NCBI GenBank assembly: GCA_044892525.1
Contig: CM097887.1
Span: 74,028,001-74,092,000 of the forward strand
Length of the DNA: 64,000 bases
Source: Schmidtea polychroa
Taxonomy: Eukaryota
Direction of reading: 5' to 3'
Positions 33,701 through 48,902 of this stretch are shown here, piece after piece. How positions within the stretch are numbered: position 1 is the stretch's first letter; each line of letters starts with the position of its first letter. Both the position numbers and the translations under genes were made by a program. The notes below the pieces were generated by a model. It made no database searches, was not told the origin of the DNA, and saw nothing but the letters and a program-made list of their open reading frames with translations.

Positions 33701-36700
33701 CTGAAATACTTTAAGCTAAAGCATTCCCAACATTTACTGGGATATGAAGATCAAATAGATACGAACCTATTCAACAAAAGGTTCGAATTCACAAACACAA
33801 TAATATCAAGAGGAGGAATTTCAATTCAATTCAAACTGCATACCGACCTACTTTTCTTTAAGTCAATTGAAATCTTCGGCAGATTCAGCAAAGCGCACGA
33901 AATAAAAGTATACTACCAACTACAAAGAGACTTGAATAAAATCGAAAAGATCAAAGTGATTTTCTCCAATTTACATGGAATCCAAAAGCTAACTGTCGAG
34001 ACCACAACACTTTTCAAACTCGAATTCAATCTCGACAGAAAACAATTCAAAACTATTCTGTTCGACTTCAAGTTCCTTCCAAACTCAAACGAATCGGCAA
34101 TGAAATTCAAATTCAACTATGACGGCGACAGAAATGCTTTGAAGCATTCAAGCGAATTGAAACTAAATATTGGAAATAGAAAATTCCAAATCGAAAACAA
34201 AGTTGAAAAAGTCAAATGGAGCTATTTACTCTTTGAAACTGAAATCAAGACCAACGACCTTAACTTTAAAAACTACCGAACCGGTTTCCAATACAATATC
34301 CGACCATCCAAATACTCGACAGATATCAAGCTGTTTTTCAACGATAAATTCATCAAATTGTCTTCGGAATTGGACTCAAGTTTTGGGTCAAAAGTCGAAT
34401 TGAAAATCGAAACCTCCTTTGAAGTTCTTAAAGAAGTCTCGTTTGAATTGAAACACAAACAGAACTTGGCAATAACCCAAGTGAATCACAAGTGTAAAAC
34501 TGTTATTAAATCCTACGATAATTTCTTGAGATTAGAAAGTGATATCGAATGGAGTGGATTCAATTACATCAAAGTCGAATCAACTTTCGAAGGAAAAGTT
34601 TCAGACAATCGTTACACAATCGAACCAAAATCATTGAAATTTCTTCATCAGTATCACAAAAGTGTTATGAAAGACAGTTTCCAACTGACCTTATCTAAGA
34701 ACAGACATCTCAAATTCATTCTCGAAGTACCATTGAATAGGAAATCCAAATCCTTATTCGAATTCGAATCTTCTTTTCAAAATTTCAAACAATTAACAAT
34801 TGATTTCAATATCAACTTCTCTGAAAGTGAAGAAAAGTCACTCGCCTTAAAGATCGTTAGAAACAATGAAATAGCTATTAATATGGAATCTAAATTGAAA
34901 CATCAAGATAAACTCGTCCTCATGACTCTGGACCTAGAAACTGCGAGGAACTTTAAATCTGGACTATCAATTGAATTTGTTGAAAATACTTTCGGAACGA
35001 AAGCTGTCAAAGTGACATTTACCAGCTCTTTATTAACAGAATCTATAGTTTTGAAAACAAACGTCAACATTCAGAAAAAAGAAATCTCTCTGTCTCTCAC
35101 TGGAGCAATAGATCAGCAAGCATCATTTTATGGAAAAGTGTCTAAAAATCAAAATCATATACAAATCAAATACGGAAAACACAACTTTAATTTTGAGAGT
35201 TTGATGGACAAGATTGACGGATTAAAACTTATAAAAGTCTCATTATCATCTATTGTCCAATTCAACACGGAACTAACTCGTTCCTCCACCTACTTGGGAT
35301 TAAAAGGTGACTTTGATAATCATTCTCTTCAAATTTCCTATAACTACAAAGGAGAACTCAAATTCGAATTTAACATCAAACAAATATTCGGTGCCATAAA
35401 AATAAATCAGATTATATCAGAATCCAACATCATTTACAAACTTGAAGGAAAATCCAACATTGCAGAATGGACAACAATGTATTCCGAATTGGATATCACC
35501 AAATCCTCCAAAATTGTCACAATGGTATTCTACATTAAAAAAGAAAACAAAAATATATTAAAGTTGAATTTTGAACAAATGTTTTCCCAATCAATTACTT
35601 TCACTTATTCATCGATTCACAAAATGTTCCAAACTGGAAAACTTGAAATAAACTACGAACAATTTCCCAAAAAATTGACAATGAAGTTCGATGGGAAAAA
35701 TTCCATATCACAGCCAATAACTGCCAAATACGATTTAGAAGACAACTCTTTCTCCGGGGAAATTACTAGCCCATTCGAATGGCTAAGATCGGGTTCGATC
35801 AAAGGTCAACTGACCAAGTCCATCGATGAAGTTAAAGGCCAATTCGACATCAATCACAATAAATTAAAAAAACCAATCAATGGGGAAATAACAATTCAAA
35901 GAAAATTTAATTTGTTTAAAATTGAACTCAAAACTCCATTTTTGTATCCATTCAACCAATTGAGTTTTCGAAATGAAAGATCTGATTCAATTTTAATAAT
36001 CGAACTAAATGATGCCCAAGATCAACTATTTTATTACAAACTAAAGACCTACTCAAAAGCGAAATATGACTTCGATACATCCATAACAATACCGAGACTT
36101 TTATCAGAATTCAAATTGAGTTGTTCATCCAATTTTGATTTTGAGAATCCAACAAAATCTATCAAAATCCTCGTAAAATCAAACCGATTCTCTGACACTA
36201 ATCTCAGTGCCACCTACAACCTCAATCAAGATGAATACAAAATCCAATTTTCCCACCCTAAAACAGAAGGCCGTTTCGAATTGAAAATTTCTCAATATCA
36301 AGAGTCCGGAAAACAAATCGAATTTTTATCCCAAATCGGCGACACGAAACACGAAGCCGAAATTGCCTACCAGATCAAAGATCCAAATGATATATTTATC
36401 AAATCGACTGTCAGATGCATTTCACAGTTTTCGTCTCCAGCTAGTTTAGAACTCAACTACAAACACAAATTGAACATGCCAAACAATTTCAATATCGACA
36501 CCCAGCTTCGATTTAATGACAAAACCGTTTTTTACAAAGCGATCTCATGGAAACTCCAACCCGATTACAGTTTCGATTTTGTGGGAAAAATAATCGTTTC
36601 ACCCCAGACAAAAGAGTACGAAAACAAAATCGAATTATCTAACAAACGAGGAGAAATAATGGAATTGATAATTTCTGCCACTGAAATTCTGCGAGATGAA

Positions 36701-39700
36701 ATTAAAGTTCGTGTCGTTCGAAAGGAAGACAATTTTGAAATCTTATTGAAAACTCCATTTGAATATGCAAAATCTGTTAATTTCAATATCCAAAAAGAAC
36801 TGAAACCGAACTCATGGACTCAAAAAATGACTTTCTCTACGAATACTCTGGGAAAATATGAGTTGCTCTCTGAATACAAATTTTTAACAAATACCGATAT
36901 CGAAATATCCAATCAAATTAATACTCCAACAACCAATCGAAAAGCTTATATTCAAATCAATTTAAAAAATTTAGACAACGATCAATTGCTGACTGGATTA
37001 GTAGAAGTTCTCGGTGAAACTTATCAGTTGAGTTTATCAAGACTAAACCAACACTTACAAATCAAAATAAATTCTCCATTTGAATATCTGAAAAAACTCG
37101 AATTGTCAATAAAAGATAAATCAAATTTCTATGAACTGGAAGGATTTTACAATCAATATCAAATGAAAATCATCGTTTCTCAGAATCAAGAAAATTCCGC
37201 ATTAACAGTCCAATCAAATACCGAATATTTCAAGGTCATTTCGCTATTGATCGAAAATTCCATGAGCGATAATTTAGACAAATCCATAAAGATCAAATTC
37301 AAAATGGATGAAAAATATTTCAAAACCGATTTTAAAGTCAATCGCAATAAAAGATCTTTGATATTCAATTCAGAAAATGACTTAATAAATTACTTACCGA
37401 AAGCTTTCTCAGGAAGTATTCAATTATCTTTGGCACCAATCGACATGAGAGTGGAACTGAAAATCAACGACAATAGACCTCTAAATTTCATTTTCAACCG
37501 AGATCAATTTCTAATCAGTTTGAAAAGAAACTCCAAAAGCGTAATATCAATTGAAATTTCAAAAAAAATCAAAAATCAACTCGACGCCAAATTCCAACTT
37601 GACAACGATGAATATTCAATGAGAACTGTTGTCGACAATTCACAAGAAAATTTTATGTTTTCAATAATCGCGTTGAAAAACAAAGTTAACAAACTAATCG
37701 AATTCAACAGTGAAATCGGCAAAAGAAACGGAAACCTAAATGTAAAAATGGAATATTTATCCAATGCGGTTTTCAAATTCAAATTCACCAATGAAAATCT
37801 ACCCAACCGAAAAATTTCAATAGAAATGAGATTATTTTCTTTCAATGGAGTTACTGATCTGATTGTCCAGCGAAAACCATCGGAAATCAATTTGAAATTT
37901 TCATGGAATCTTCTTTTCAAAGAACAACAATTACACATTGGATCGATAATATATGCAATCAAATCATCAACACCAATAAATTACCTAGTCATTATGAACT
38001 TGCAAAAGGTTTCATATGAAATACAATTTGTCGAATCAGAAAACGGCGAATTCCAATTTAAAATCTCTTGTCCAATCAAATCTCTTGATTTCGAAGCGAA
38101 ATATCAACTGGAAAAGAAACCCAATAGTTATGGATTGTGGCTGACATGCAGAAATAGTCTGATTGGAGAGTACACCATAAAATCTCAAATGAAATTTAAT
38201 AATGATCCAGAAATTAAATTCCTTTTGTCATCAGCTAGACCAATCGTTCAATTCAAATGGGCTATGATAACGTCTGTTTCCAATGAGATCTCCATCAACA
38301 CCGAGCTTGGATTACTGGACTGGGAAAAATTGTCTTTCGATTTTCAATTATCCACAAAGAAACTAATAAAACTGATAGCCGTTCTTAAAACTCCTTTTAA
38401 ACCAGTTAAAAATATTCAAATAACGAAAAACATTAAATACACTTCCTTCTTTGAACACAAATACGAAACAATTATCATATACAATGGCATTACGAATTTC
38501 AAATACATTGCCATCCATGAGATCAAATTATCTGAGAAAATCTTTAAATTTCAAGGAGGTTTCCACAATGACAATACAAAACTAATAGCGGTTAATATTA
38601 GCCATTCCGGAAATCACAAAGAAATGGACCATTCCTTTATATGGCATATCAAAGACCAGAAATTTGGATGGAAATTCAATGGTGGATTTAGACCGTTGTT
38701 TGAAGGCAAGAGTGAAATATACACTCCATTCCATGAAACTGGGAAAATAGTATTAATGGGCAAGCACATGGGACAAGGAATTATTCTTGAAGCTGGAAAT
38801 AGAAATCAACGCCTAGGATCATTTGAGTATATAAACGAGAGAGATGTGCAAATGATGAAAATAACTCCTCCAAAAAATTTCGGAAAACCATTGGCAGTGA
38901 AATATACTTCAAAAAGACTAAGAAGAAGCGCTGGCAACGAAATAGAAACTGAAGTAACATACGGAGTTGAAAAACTTCTAGAATGGGCCAGTAAATTTGA
39001 AATGAAAAACGATGAATACAACGCATTAATCAATTTAAAAATGCCGAAATTCACTGAAAAGTCAGCAGAACTCTCATTGAAACATAATTATCGTGACAAG
39101 ACTTGGAACTTTGATCACCAATTTACAATAAAAGATCCAGCATTCAAAGTTTACCGATTGTTTGGCAATTTATTCATGGAAAGTTTGAGAAATTTAAAAA
39201 TGTCAATGAACGCAGAACATCCAACTTTCGGTTCAATGCATATGTCTATCGGACATTCCTGGACTCCAAACCAATACGGACATCATATTATCATAAAATC
39301 TAACGATAAAACCTGGATAACCCACAACGGAAATATGAAATACAATTTCGACGAATCCTCATTTTCTACTGAATTGAAAACCGGCATGAATTCCAAACAC
39401 TTTGCTGTCAAAGCGTCCCATTCGGGTACATGGAAAAAATTCCTCCAAAGTCTCATTGTGGATTACAACGACATTCCACATTTGATTTTCAAAAGCAACG
39501 TAATTCCAAATGAGCGATCGGAAATCGAGATCAATTTCCCGCAAATAAATTCAATTAAATTGAAAATGATTATAAATAACAACAAAAATAAAATTGATTT
39601 AATCTGTGAGCGCAAATCTGATAAATACGTTTTGGAAGTGACAAGCACATTAAAACAATTTGAAATTCAATTGAATTTGAACGAGAAAAATATTGGATCA

Positions 39701-40247
39701 CTATTAATTAAATATGATCAATTAAAGCTATTCGTTGATGGAAAGTATCTGAAGAATTTCTGTACCGTTGAAATGGCATTCCAGCAATCAACAATTTCTC
39801 TGATAATAAAATCATCCAATAAAATGTTTGAAAAAATACAATTAATGATTTCAGCCAATAAAATGAGTTTCGGAATCGATCGGTACGGAACTCCTTACAC
39901 AATAAAAACCGAGTACGATTATTCTCCAAATAGTGTTCTGATTAAAATGAACTCGTCATTTAAACAGTTGTCAAAATTCACTCTTCATGTTCAACCGAAT
40001 CAAATCAAATTGGAACTCAACGAATTCCACCAACAAATCGACTATATTCTCACCCAACACCATGTCAAACTTATTTCCATAAACAACTTCCAACCAATCC
40101 GCTATATACTCTGCGAAGTTCTTATTGAAAATCCCAATAATGCCATGTGGAAACTGACTGTTGATTCTTTCGACACGGTATCGAAAATAAAATTCACAAA
40201 CGATAAATTAAGTTTTGAAAATCGAAACAACTATTTCCGTGTCCGGT
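24734..40247 (+). repeat. First unit of a tandem segmental duplication (visible part; partner is 48487-64000, offset 23,753 bp)
   Basis: All ORF-track entries recur at exactly +23,753. Only scattered substitutions and no net indel were seen. Confidence 0.97.
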
Positions 40248-43200
40248 CATTGGATTTCGAAGTTAATCGTAAAATCAAAAAAGAAATCACTCTTTGGACT
40301 GTGTTGTTGAATTCTAATCAACAGCAAATTTTTACAATACAAATGGAGAATAAAAAAGAAGTTTATTTTGCTAAATTAGAAACATACCTTGGAGAACACC
40401 TCGTTGCATCATACAATATTCCATTAAAAGAACTAATTATAAGTTTAAAATTCAAAGACAGCTTTCTAAATATCATTCAAAAGTTCCAGGAAACATCTAA
40501 AGGTTCCTCGAAAACTTTCGTTTTTAATTTAACAATTGAATCATCATATGCTTTCTTAACATCATTTCACAACAGTGTCACTTTCACAGCTTCCGACATG
40601 TCGTACAGCTTAAAGACAGTTTCCAAGTACAATACCAAAATAATCGAGTTTCAAGGAAAACTATCAAAAACGAAATTGTTTGGTCATCTGAGAATAAAAA
40701 ACTCCGAGTTTACTTTAAGACTCATACGGACCAATGATGATAAAATGAACATTGAAATCCAAGTCCCATATAATAAAATAATGATGACTTTAGAAAAAGA
40801 AAAAAATAAATATTCAATTAGTCTACAATTCAACGATAAAGATGTTCTTGTTATTCGAACGAATCAAAATTCCAACATCCAAACATCTTTTGAACATGAA
40901 TCAACAGTTGAGTTTTACGGTCGACAAATTTGGAATCTCAAGTTCAAAACTGACTATAGAAAATACGTAATGAAAATGACTGCCCCAACAACTTTCGATA
41001 TGTCTATAACAAATGATTGGAATAAAAATGAAATGACTAAGTTAGGATTCCTGGCGAAATATTTTCTCAACGGAAAGCCAACTGAATTCGGCGCCGAATT
41101 AAACTTTTTGTTAACAAGTCAATCAAGTTTGGTTAAAGTTAATCTCGAAAATCAGTATCACATCATTAAATTAATGAAAACCATTGATGTGACAAAAAGC
41201 AAAGAAATAAATATTGAGTTAATTAATAAAAATACAAAAGAGTCCTGGGCAGCAGTCATCACGACAGTTAAAGACAAAACATTTGAATTGGAATGGAAAA
41301 CACCGACAAGTAATAGAAAAATAAAATACAATCAAATCATAGTAAACAACGTTAAAACATCAGTTGATTTGGATATTGTTGACAGTTTGAAATTGACATT
41401 GAAAACCGATGAGACGAATCCAAAGATTTGGACTGGAAGTTTAAGTTTATTCAAAGTAAGAATTGCAGAAATTGAAGTCGGTAAAGACTATGTGCAAGCT
41501 ACTATTAATAAAGACGGCACAGAAAACAACAGAATTTTCTTCAAATGGACTACTTCATCACAAGGCGAATTGAAAAAAGATTACATCAGAACTAGACAAG
41601 TGACAATCGTGCAAAAATCTCTAAACATTAATGTTGACATTGTGCAAAAAACCGTAATAAAGAGCACCGTTTATTCAACAATGACCACGATGAAATATCA
41701 ACTCATTGACAAATCGATGAAAACATTGACAATTGGTGCCAGTATTGATTTCAGCGAAAAAAACAAAATTGTCATTGATCTTCCAAATCCTTACATGTCA
41801 ATCAAAACAATTTTCATGCGATCTCAACCAAATAAATCCAAACTTACATATCAAATGGAAACGTACTTGAATGAAAATGCAAAAGTTCACGGATATTTCA
41901 TTATCAAAACTGGATCGAATCCAGGAGTAATGACAAGGCTTTATTACAATCCAAAAGATGAATCAGAATTCTTCCACATGCATTCGAAATATATTGATGA
42001 CCGACAAATGGAAACGATCGTCTATAAAAATAAAGATCAAACGAAAACGACTTATTTTCAAGTGTTGCTAAGACTTCTGAATGAACATCATATTGAATCA
42101 ACATTCGCCATCAAACTCGACACGATATCCACAACAATCAAAGCGATTAAACAAATCAAATACGTCGCCCAATCAAAATTAAGCGATTTCTTGATCAATG
42201 AGATCAAATGGATAGCCGTTGAAACCAAGAACCGATACAATCAATTGGTAGACAAAATTCCCAACTTTACAACAATGCAAAATCAGCTGTTTATGTTTTT
42301 CAGAAAAATCAAAAATGAAATAAATTCATTCTCAAAAGAATTGAGCGAAATAATTGCAAAAAATGAATTCTATATACAAACGATATTGGAAAAAGTTAAT
42401 AAATGTTTTTCCATAAGATTTTTTCTCTACGAATGCGCAATGGGAATTGCAAACAAAGTTGAAGCAGTTTTTAAAACTGTTTTTAATACTATAAAATCCA
42501 AAATCCTATGCATAATGAGGCTTTATTGTCATCTTTGGTATAGAGTCACTTCTTTAATAACAAAACCGATCACAAACCTCATCAACTTTTATTTCAAAGA
42601 ATATTTGCTACTGGCTCAGAAATATTTCGTAAATAATCTCGAAAGGATGAAAATATCTCTCGATCAAAAACTGAATATGATTTTCTCGACATATATTCAA
42701 ATCCAAAAATTCATCAAGTTATCTATTTTAAATTATACCTTTAAAATAGTTGAAAAGACCATTGAAATTGCAAAATCGACACTGAAAATCATCATGTCGG
42801 GTTCTTTGGATTTTCTAAAGCATGAAAATGAGTTGAAAAATCTTTACAAAAATTTGATAAACACTTTAGAAAAAGTCTCTAAAGCGATTTTAGGCAGAAT
42901 TGACAATTTAGTGAATCAAGTCGACTCGAATCTGAATAACGTAATTGGTGAAAAATTCTTTTATATTATTACGACATCAATGTCAACCATGTCGAGCTAT
43001 GTAATTGATCAGTTGAAAGATGAAGAAAATCAGAAAATTATTACATCCTTTGTTTATTCCTCAATCACTTATCCTCTCTATAGCTGGGGCAATGAAATAC
43101 AAATATTAACAAGGGAGTCAATTTCTCCATATTTCTTTGTAGTTGATGGAAGGAAAGATCAAAAGCTCTTCGACGATAATGATTTCAAAATTACTGTAAG

Positions 43201-45082
43201 AATGACTTCTCCTATTCCGTTTAATGACTTCAAATCTTTGCCCGATTTTGGATATGTAAGAAGAAAAATCCACAAAATTCAAGCAGCAATCAATTTAATA
43301 AAACAAACCATCACAAATCAACTTGCAAATGGATGCAGATATTTCAAACTGAAAAGTTGGTTTACATTGTATTTTCCACGGACATCATTCACATCAATTC
43401 TACCGGAATTCGAAAACTATGCGACCATATCTAAAAGATCAGTGATGACATTTGACAAAGCATCATTCACGCTCAGTCCGGATTCCTGTAGAGTTCTATT
43501 AAGCAAGGACTTAAAATTCAAGAAATGGGAAATTATCATGAATCAACAAAACGATAAACAATCGTTTACAATCAATATCGGATCAAATACATTTGAAATA
43601 TCAGGATCAAATTACAAAGTAAATTTGAATGGAAAACCTTCAGATCTACCGATTGAAATCGGTTCAACAAGTTTAATTGGGTTGGGAAGAATGATGAAAT
43701 TAAAAGACAACAAACTCGGTTTGACAATCACAATAGATCCAGTAAATGAAATATTCACGGTCGGCATCAGTGGTTGGTATCACGGAAAGGTGCGAGGATT
43801 ATTTGGAAATTCAGACAATGAACCATTCAATGATTTCATGCTGGACAACGGAAAGATAGTTGCTAATGACGTATTTATGAAAGAAATAAGCTATAAAGGT
43901 CAAAGTTGTAAAGTTGTATCAGATGAAGAACAAGAAATAGTGAAACCACTAAAATACTGTCCCTATATACGAAGAATGGTTTGCAAATTTTTATTCCAAT
44001 GCCCATTTTCACCATTGGCAGCCTGTTTCAACACAGTCAATCCAAGGAAATTTCAGAAACTTTGTGCCCATAGCACAGAGGAAGTTCTTACAAAACTGGA
44101 TCCATCAATCTGCAAAGCGGCAAGACAATATCAATCTCAATGTCAAAAGGCTGGTGTGAATATACAGGTGCCTCCTCCTTGCAAAAAATGTGATATGGAA
44201 AACGACAAACCCCTCTCAATTAATGAATTTAGAAATGTCAAAATCAAAGAAAAAGTTTCAGATATCGTGTTCATAGTCGACAAAGGAACTTGTTTAAATT
44301 CTTTACACGACAAGCTACCAAATCTTGTAACTGGACTTGAGAAAGAAATGAAAACAAAAGGCATTGATTCTGTCCATTACGGCCTCGTTACCTATGCTGA
44401 TGATGGAAACAATCCAGCAAATTTCCACACTGTCGGTCAAAAATTATTGGGATCAAACCAAGAAATGATCACATCCTTGAAAACTCTCAAACCCAGCTAT
44501 GGGAAATTTAAGGACTTAGTTGGAGCAATTGTAACAGCTGCTAACTATCCATTCCGAGAACACGCATCGAGACATTTGATCATTATTTCATGCACAAGCA
44601 CTAATGAATATCCAAACGTCTTACAAAATCTGGCAGATAAATTAACAACGAAGGCTATCCATGTGAGTTTATTGACAGACTTTTCCTTCAAACTCAAAGA
44701 CGCAAATAAACAGTCCATCATATTTGGAGTTGATTCACAAAATATCTACACTGCATTATCCAGAAATGGCGATAAAAATTTCACATCTCGACCAGAAAGT
44801 GATTTCTTGTATCAATTAACAATGAAAATGAAAGGAGTCGTATTCGACAACAAATATCTCACTGTTAGTCAAGAATTAACTAGAACCCGATTCGTCAGTT
44901 CATTCGCCAATCAAATCAGCCAAAGAGCAACACCAGCAAAATCATCAAGGTGTGTCTGTGTTGACGATGGCGAATACAACTGCACACCATTAGACACACA
45001 CACAATCTTTCCAGTAATTCGATTTTTCATTTCTATGGAATAGAATTTTAATTTTTGTTCATTTCAGGTACAACGAGCTTAA
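25150..45082 (+). CDS. Large lipid transfer protein (apolipophorin/Apoltp/vitellogenin superfamily), about 5,811 aa; exons 25150-25207, 25269-25474, 25692-25934, 27475-27814, 27867-28119, 28166-28682, 29210-45013, 45068-45082
   Basis: Signal peptide MNIFGTAFLLVLLSIITNA; G.KYVYSYEG and HGKC..SY LLT motifs; ELRINAYL, VNQVGSFIWTHL, KFSRN, SFVPRSVSLN (DUF1943-type); C-terminal VWD (GKVRGLFGNSD.EPFNDF) and a vWA-like domain. GT-AG junctions keep frame (17,436 nt). Extra small exons in the 1.5-kb intron cannot be excluded. Confidence 0.9.
26480..26850 (-). pseudogene. Degraded pogo/CENP-B-type HTH remnant in intron 3 (also duplicated near 50230-50600)
   Basis: Minus-strand RKTLNFEEKLKFIQYV...* resembles the CENP-B N-terminal HTH start; interrupted by stops. 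Confidence 0.35.
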
Positions 45083-45539
45083 CGCAGACATTTTGAAATA
45101 TTTTGAAACATTTTTTATTTGATTTGAAGTTAAATAAATTATTTTTGCATCAATTTGTTTTCATTTTTGTTTTCATAGATTTCATTTGGATAATTGAATT
45201 TTTATTTTTAAAAGAAAAATTTAAAATATTATATTTTAATTATTGTAAACAATTAAATTCTATTATTTTATTTACATTAAAACAACTAAATAAAAATAAT
45301 GTAAAATTGGCATAACATGTCATAATAATAAGTAGAATATTGGGGAAATATTTCACTTGTGGTAGGACTAAACTATAAAAAATTTATCTGGTACAGTTAA
45401 AGATATTTGAGCTCCTTATTCATGGAAACATATTAAAAAAAATAACTCCATTGAAAATATGTTCAAAATTACATTGAAACATGTTTCCCCCTGTAAATAG
45501 TTTATTCTTACCACCAGAACTACCAGCTGTTGAACTATA

Positions 45540-48482
45540 CCTATATTTACCATTACCAGTCAAAATGATTGGTTGATTAATACTATGAAAGTGGCTTTGC
45601 TAATCAATAATAATGCTAACTGGCTATTTGTAAACTACAATAAATATTTAAATTAATAAGAATAAATGAAAATAGAGACTTATTGTTTCGATGAGATAAA
45701 TAATTACCGCTGAGAAACTATAAATAAATTGGTCCAGATATGATGTAATGTTTATTTAGTTGAAAAATAAAACCAAATGATTTTAATTTATAAAAAATAG
45801 GAACAGAGCAATAATGTATCTACAAAACTGAACAGAAAATAGCTATAGGTCTTTTTTGTTTGCCTTGCTAGCAAAATAATTACTTTACAAAATCTTTACA
45901 ATTAAAAATTTTGTTTGTGAACACTTTCCGCACACATGTAATTTACACGAAGAACAAATATTCGAAGTTGTATTATTCTTGCAGTATCCTATTTGACACC
46001 ATTTTCGCACAATACATGAATTTTTAGCAATTGTCTCTTCTTCTCTTTGAGGGACAGGGAGACTTGTTTTCAAATTTTGATATTCTCTGGTAAGTTCATT
46101 GCTAGTTAAAACATAAAATCTTTTGTATATATGTTTTCTCCAGTCGTTGCCTTATACAACACCCAAACATTTATCTCAGCTAGATCTAAAATGTTAAAAA
46201 ACACTTGGAGTGGCCATCGCCTTGAACCAGATTTAACGCTATATTTTCTTGCCATTTGGTCAGATGTATTCATGCCAAATTTAGTTTTATTATAATATTC
46301 AACAGTCTCGGGCAAACATTTTCCACTTTTTCAATTTTGACGGATTTGTGTTTTGTACTCAGTAAAAGTACTTTCTTTGTTCGCTTGCTTTTGTAAATTG
46401 TGAGAAGCATTCCTTCGGATTTGTATAAAGATGTTGAAAAGCGAGGCATGTTATCTTTCTTTGTTTGAAAAATTTTGGTAATTCCTTTCTGTTGGCGCGT
46501 ATAGATCCAACTATTGAAGTTTTTAGTTAAAATTTTAGATGCTATTGGTAAACTTGTAAACAAATTATCTGTCATAACACATCGTCCTTTCATAATATAC
46601 AGTTCCACAAGTTTTAGCACAACATATTGACCTAGAGGAACTGATGATTCTCGTACCTCGGCTTTTTCGAGAAATGGAAACCCATTTATAATAGATTTCC
46701 TTCTGACATCTAAAGCCAGCCAAAATGTTATGCGAAATTTATTTGGTTTGTTGAGCATATATTGTGTGAATCGACATCTAGTTCATGAACGGTAAAATTT
46801 TCTCCTGGTTTTATAACAGTTTTGGGTGTTTTGTATAAATTTGTTCCATATTGTTGATATCAACGCTGAATTCTGTTGTAATCTTTGACTTCTTATACTT
46901 TCTTATCAAAACGAAGAAATAATTTCTACTCATCACTGTACTAAAAAACTTGGACCCCATTGCTTATTCCATAAATAACAAGCCTTCAAGTTTCTGACTT
47001 CATATGCCCCACGAGCATATAGAATCCCAATAAAAGCTAGAAATTTTTATTTTGTAAGTATCCATGAATCTCCTAAGACTCGAGAGGTTTCTTTTTCTGT
47101 ACCAATTCTTATATATTCTACAATTGAGTAACTACACGTTTCATAATATTTCTCTTTGCATATCCTGTAGGACCGGATACATCTTTGAAAATAGATTGAA
47201 TTGGATTTCTTCCACTACCAGAACCAGCTTGTAATTTTTCCCACATTGTACCATCTGTTGAAATTTCGTTATGATCGTCTTGTTTATGTTCATTATTTTC
47301 ATACTCAGAGCTTGAGAGTTGTATGTTTCCTTTTCTTTTACGAATATTCAAAATATTTTCATAATCACTATTATTTTCTATATCAGTAGACTTGCCGATA
47401 ATCTCTTCATCGATAAAAGTACTACTATTTATGGTCTCAAAGGGTATATTATCTTTACCACATGGTCCACTTTCATCATTCAGTAGTTCGCTTTCACTAT
47501 CATACAGGTCATCGTCTTCAATATCAGAATATTCCATTGGAATGTCATTTATTTTCCCCAATAATGTGGCACTATTTTTCAGTTTATCCATTTTATGGGA
47601 TCGATGCTAAAATTAGAATTATTTGTGAAAATAATAGTCTAACTCAGGGGTAGGGAACCTTTTTATTTCCGTAGGCCACATTGAAATCTGTCGCCTCCGA
47701 ATGAGGCCGCAGTCAAAAAGTATTTTAACATTAATTAATTTCATTTTAAATCTTTTATTTATATACAGTTAGTAATTAAAACAATATTTATAATTAGTCT
47801 CCAGATTTAAAAAAATGCAGCTATACGAAATTTTCTGGAAAATTTTTATTATTTTTGAATCGAAAAATTGATGCAAATAATTCATCATTTCACAAATGAG
47901 AGCTCAATAATCTTATTTATTCGTCTATATAAGTTTTGTATTTATGGGTGTGGATGATTGACTTTTATATTTAGTTCTTTGTACTCGGCGGGATGCTTGT
48001 ACAGTAAAGTATATATACAGTTCGGAAGTTACAAGTATTTTTATTTGTAAATTCTCAAAATTTATGGTTTTTTATATAAATTAAGATTTATTTCAATAAG
48101 GCTCCGGAGGCCGCACATGAAGCTCCGGGAGGCCGCAGGTTCCCCACCCCTGGTCTAACTAAACAGCTAATAATTCATAAAAGGTAACTTTTATTTCTCT
48201 TACCTAAAATATATCAATATATCAATATCAAAGTTGTTTATGTTTATTGTCGTCGGCCGCTTTGATAATGGCACCAGTTAATGAGTGGTGTCGGTATAAA
48301 TAGGTATAAGACAGAATTATTTTTCTTAGTATTAAAATTGAAAAATAAAATTATTCATAATATTTACTACTTATAAAAGTCATCTATAAAAGTCATGACA
48401 TTATTTTTTTTTGATATACCTATTTTTCATATAGAATTTTTACCATAAACCAATCATTTTGACTGGTACTGTAAGACTAGTG
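45540..48482 (-). mobile_element. Decayed piggyBac (PGBD-like) transposon
   Basis: Fragments 47118-47591, 46270-46758 (VMTDNLFTS), 46106-46315 (YNKTK.G..DQM, RRWPLQVFFNILD) and 45885-46073 (Cys-rich tail). 21-bp perfect inverted repeat at 45554-45574 and 48448-48468. Right end CTAGTG|TTAA; left end degenerate. Confidence 0.9.
47645..48152. mobile_element. hAT MITE nested in the piggyBac 5' region
   Basis: TIR CAGGGGTAGGGAACC / GGTTCCCCACCCCTG (14/15); perfect 8-bp TSD GTCTAACT at 47637-47644 and 48153-48160. Confidence 0.92.
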
Positions 48483-48902
48483 TTAAAATTGTTACAATAA
48501 AATTCGAAATATTACAAATGAAGTCTTTCTTGGATTAAAAAAAATCAAAGTCCCTATTATTAAACTATAAATCAATTATTTATGAAGTCAAAAGCGGACT
48601 TACCACTTGAACTGAAACGACAGATTCATGAGAAAACCAAAAAAATGATGTATAAAGTTCAAGTGAGCTTTCTGTCGCACATTGAAACTTCTATGATGGT
48701 AGAAAAATTGTTCAGTGACCTCCATGACATCAGATGGTATAGTTTAAGTGATGTATTTGATCAATTATGGGAAAGTCAAGAAATCAGGTTAAAAATTTCA
48801 CTATAAATTGGTCAGCTCAACAAGTGATTTTAAGTTTTATAAATTATTTTTCCGACAATATTACACGACATTAAATTTCAGATTATTTTTAACCAATAGA
48901 AA

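Noticed and set aside
29872-44364. Numerous short antisense or overlapping ORFs within the giant exon and within the retroelement
   Set aside because: These are shadow ORFs expected opposite long coding frames.
8790-45082. Functional link between the enveloped retroelement and the adjacent yolk/lipoprotein gene (cf. errantivirus transport with yolk)
   Set aside because: Only adjacency supports it. The insertion has its own TSD and looks like an independent recent event.
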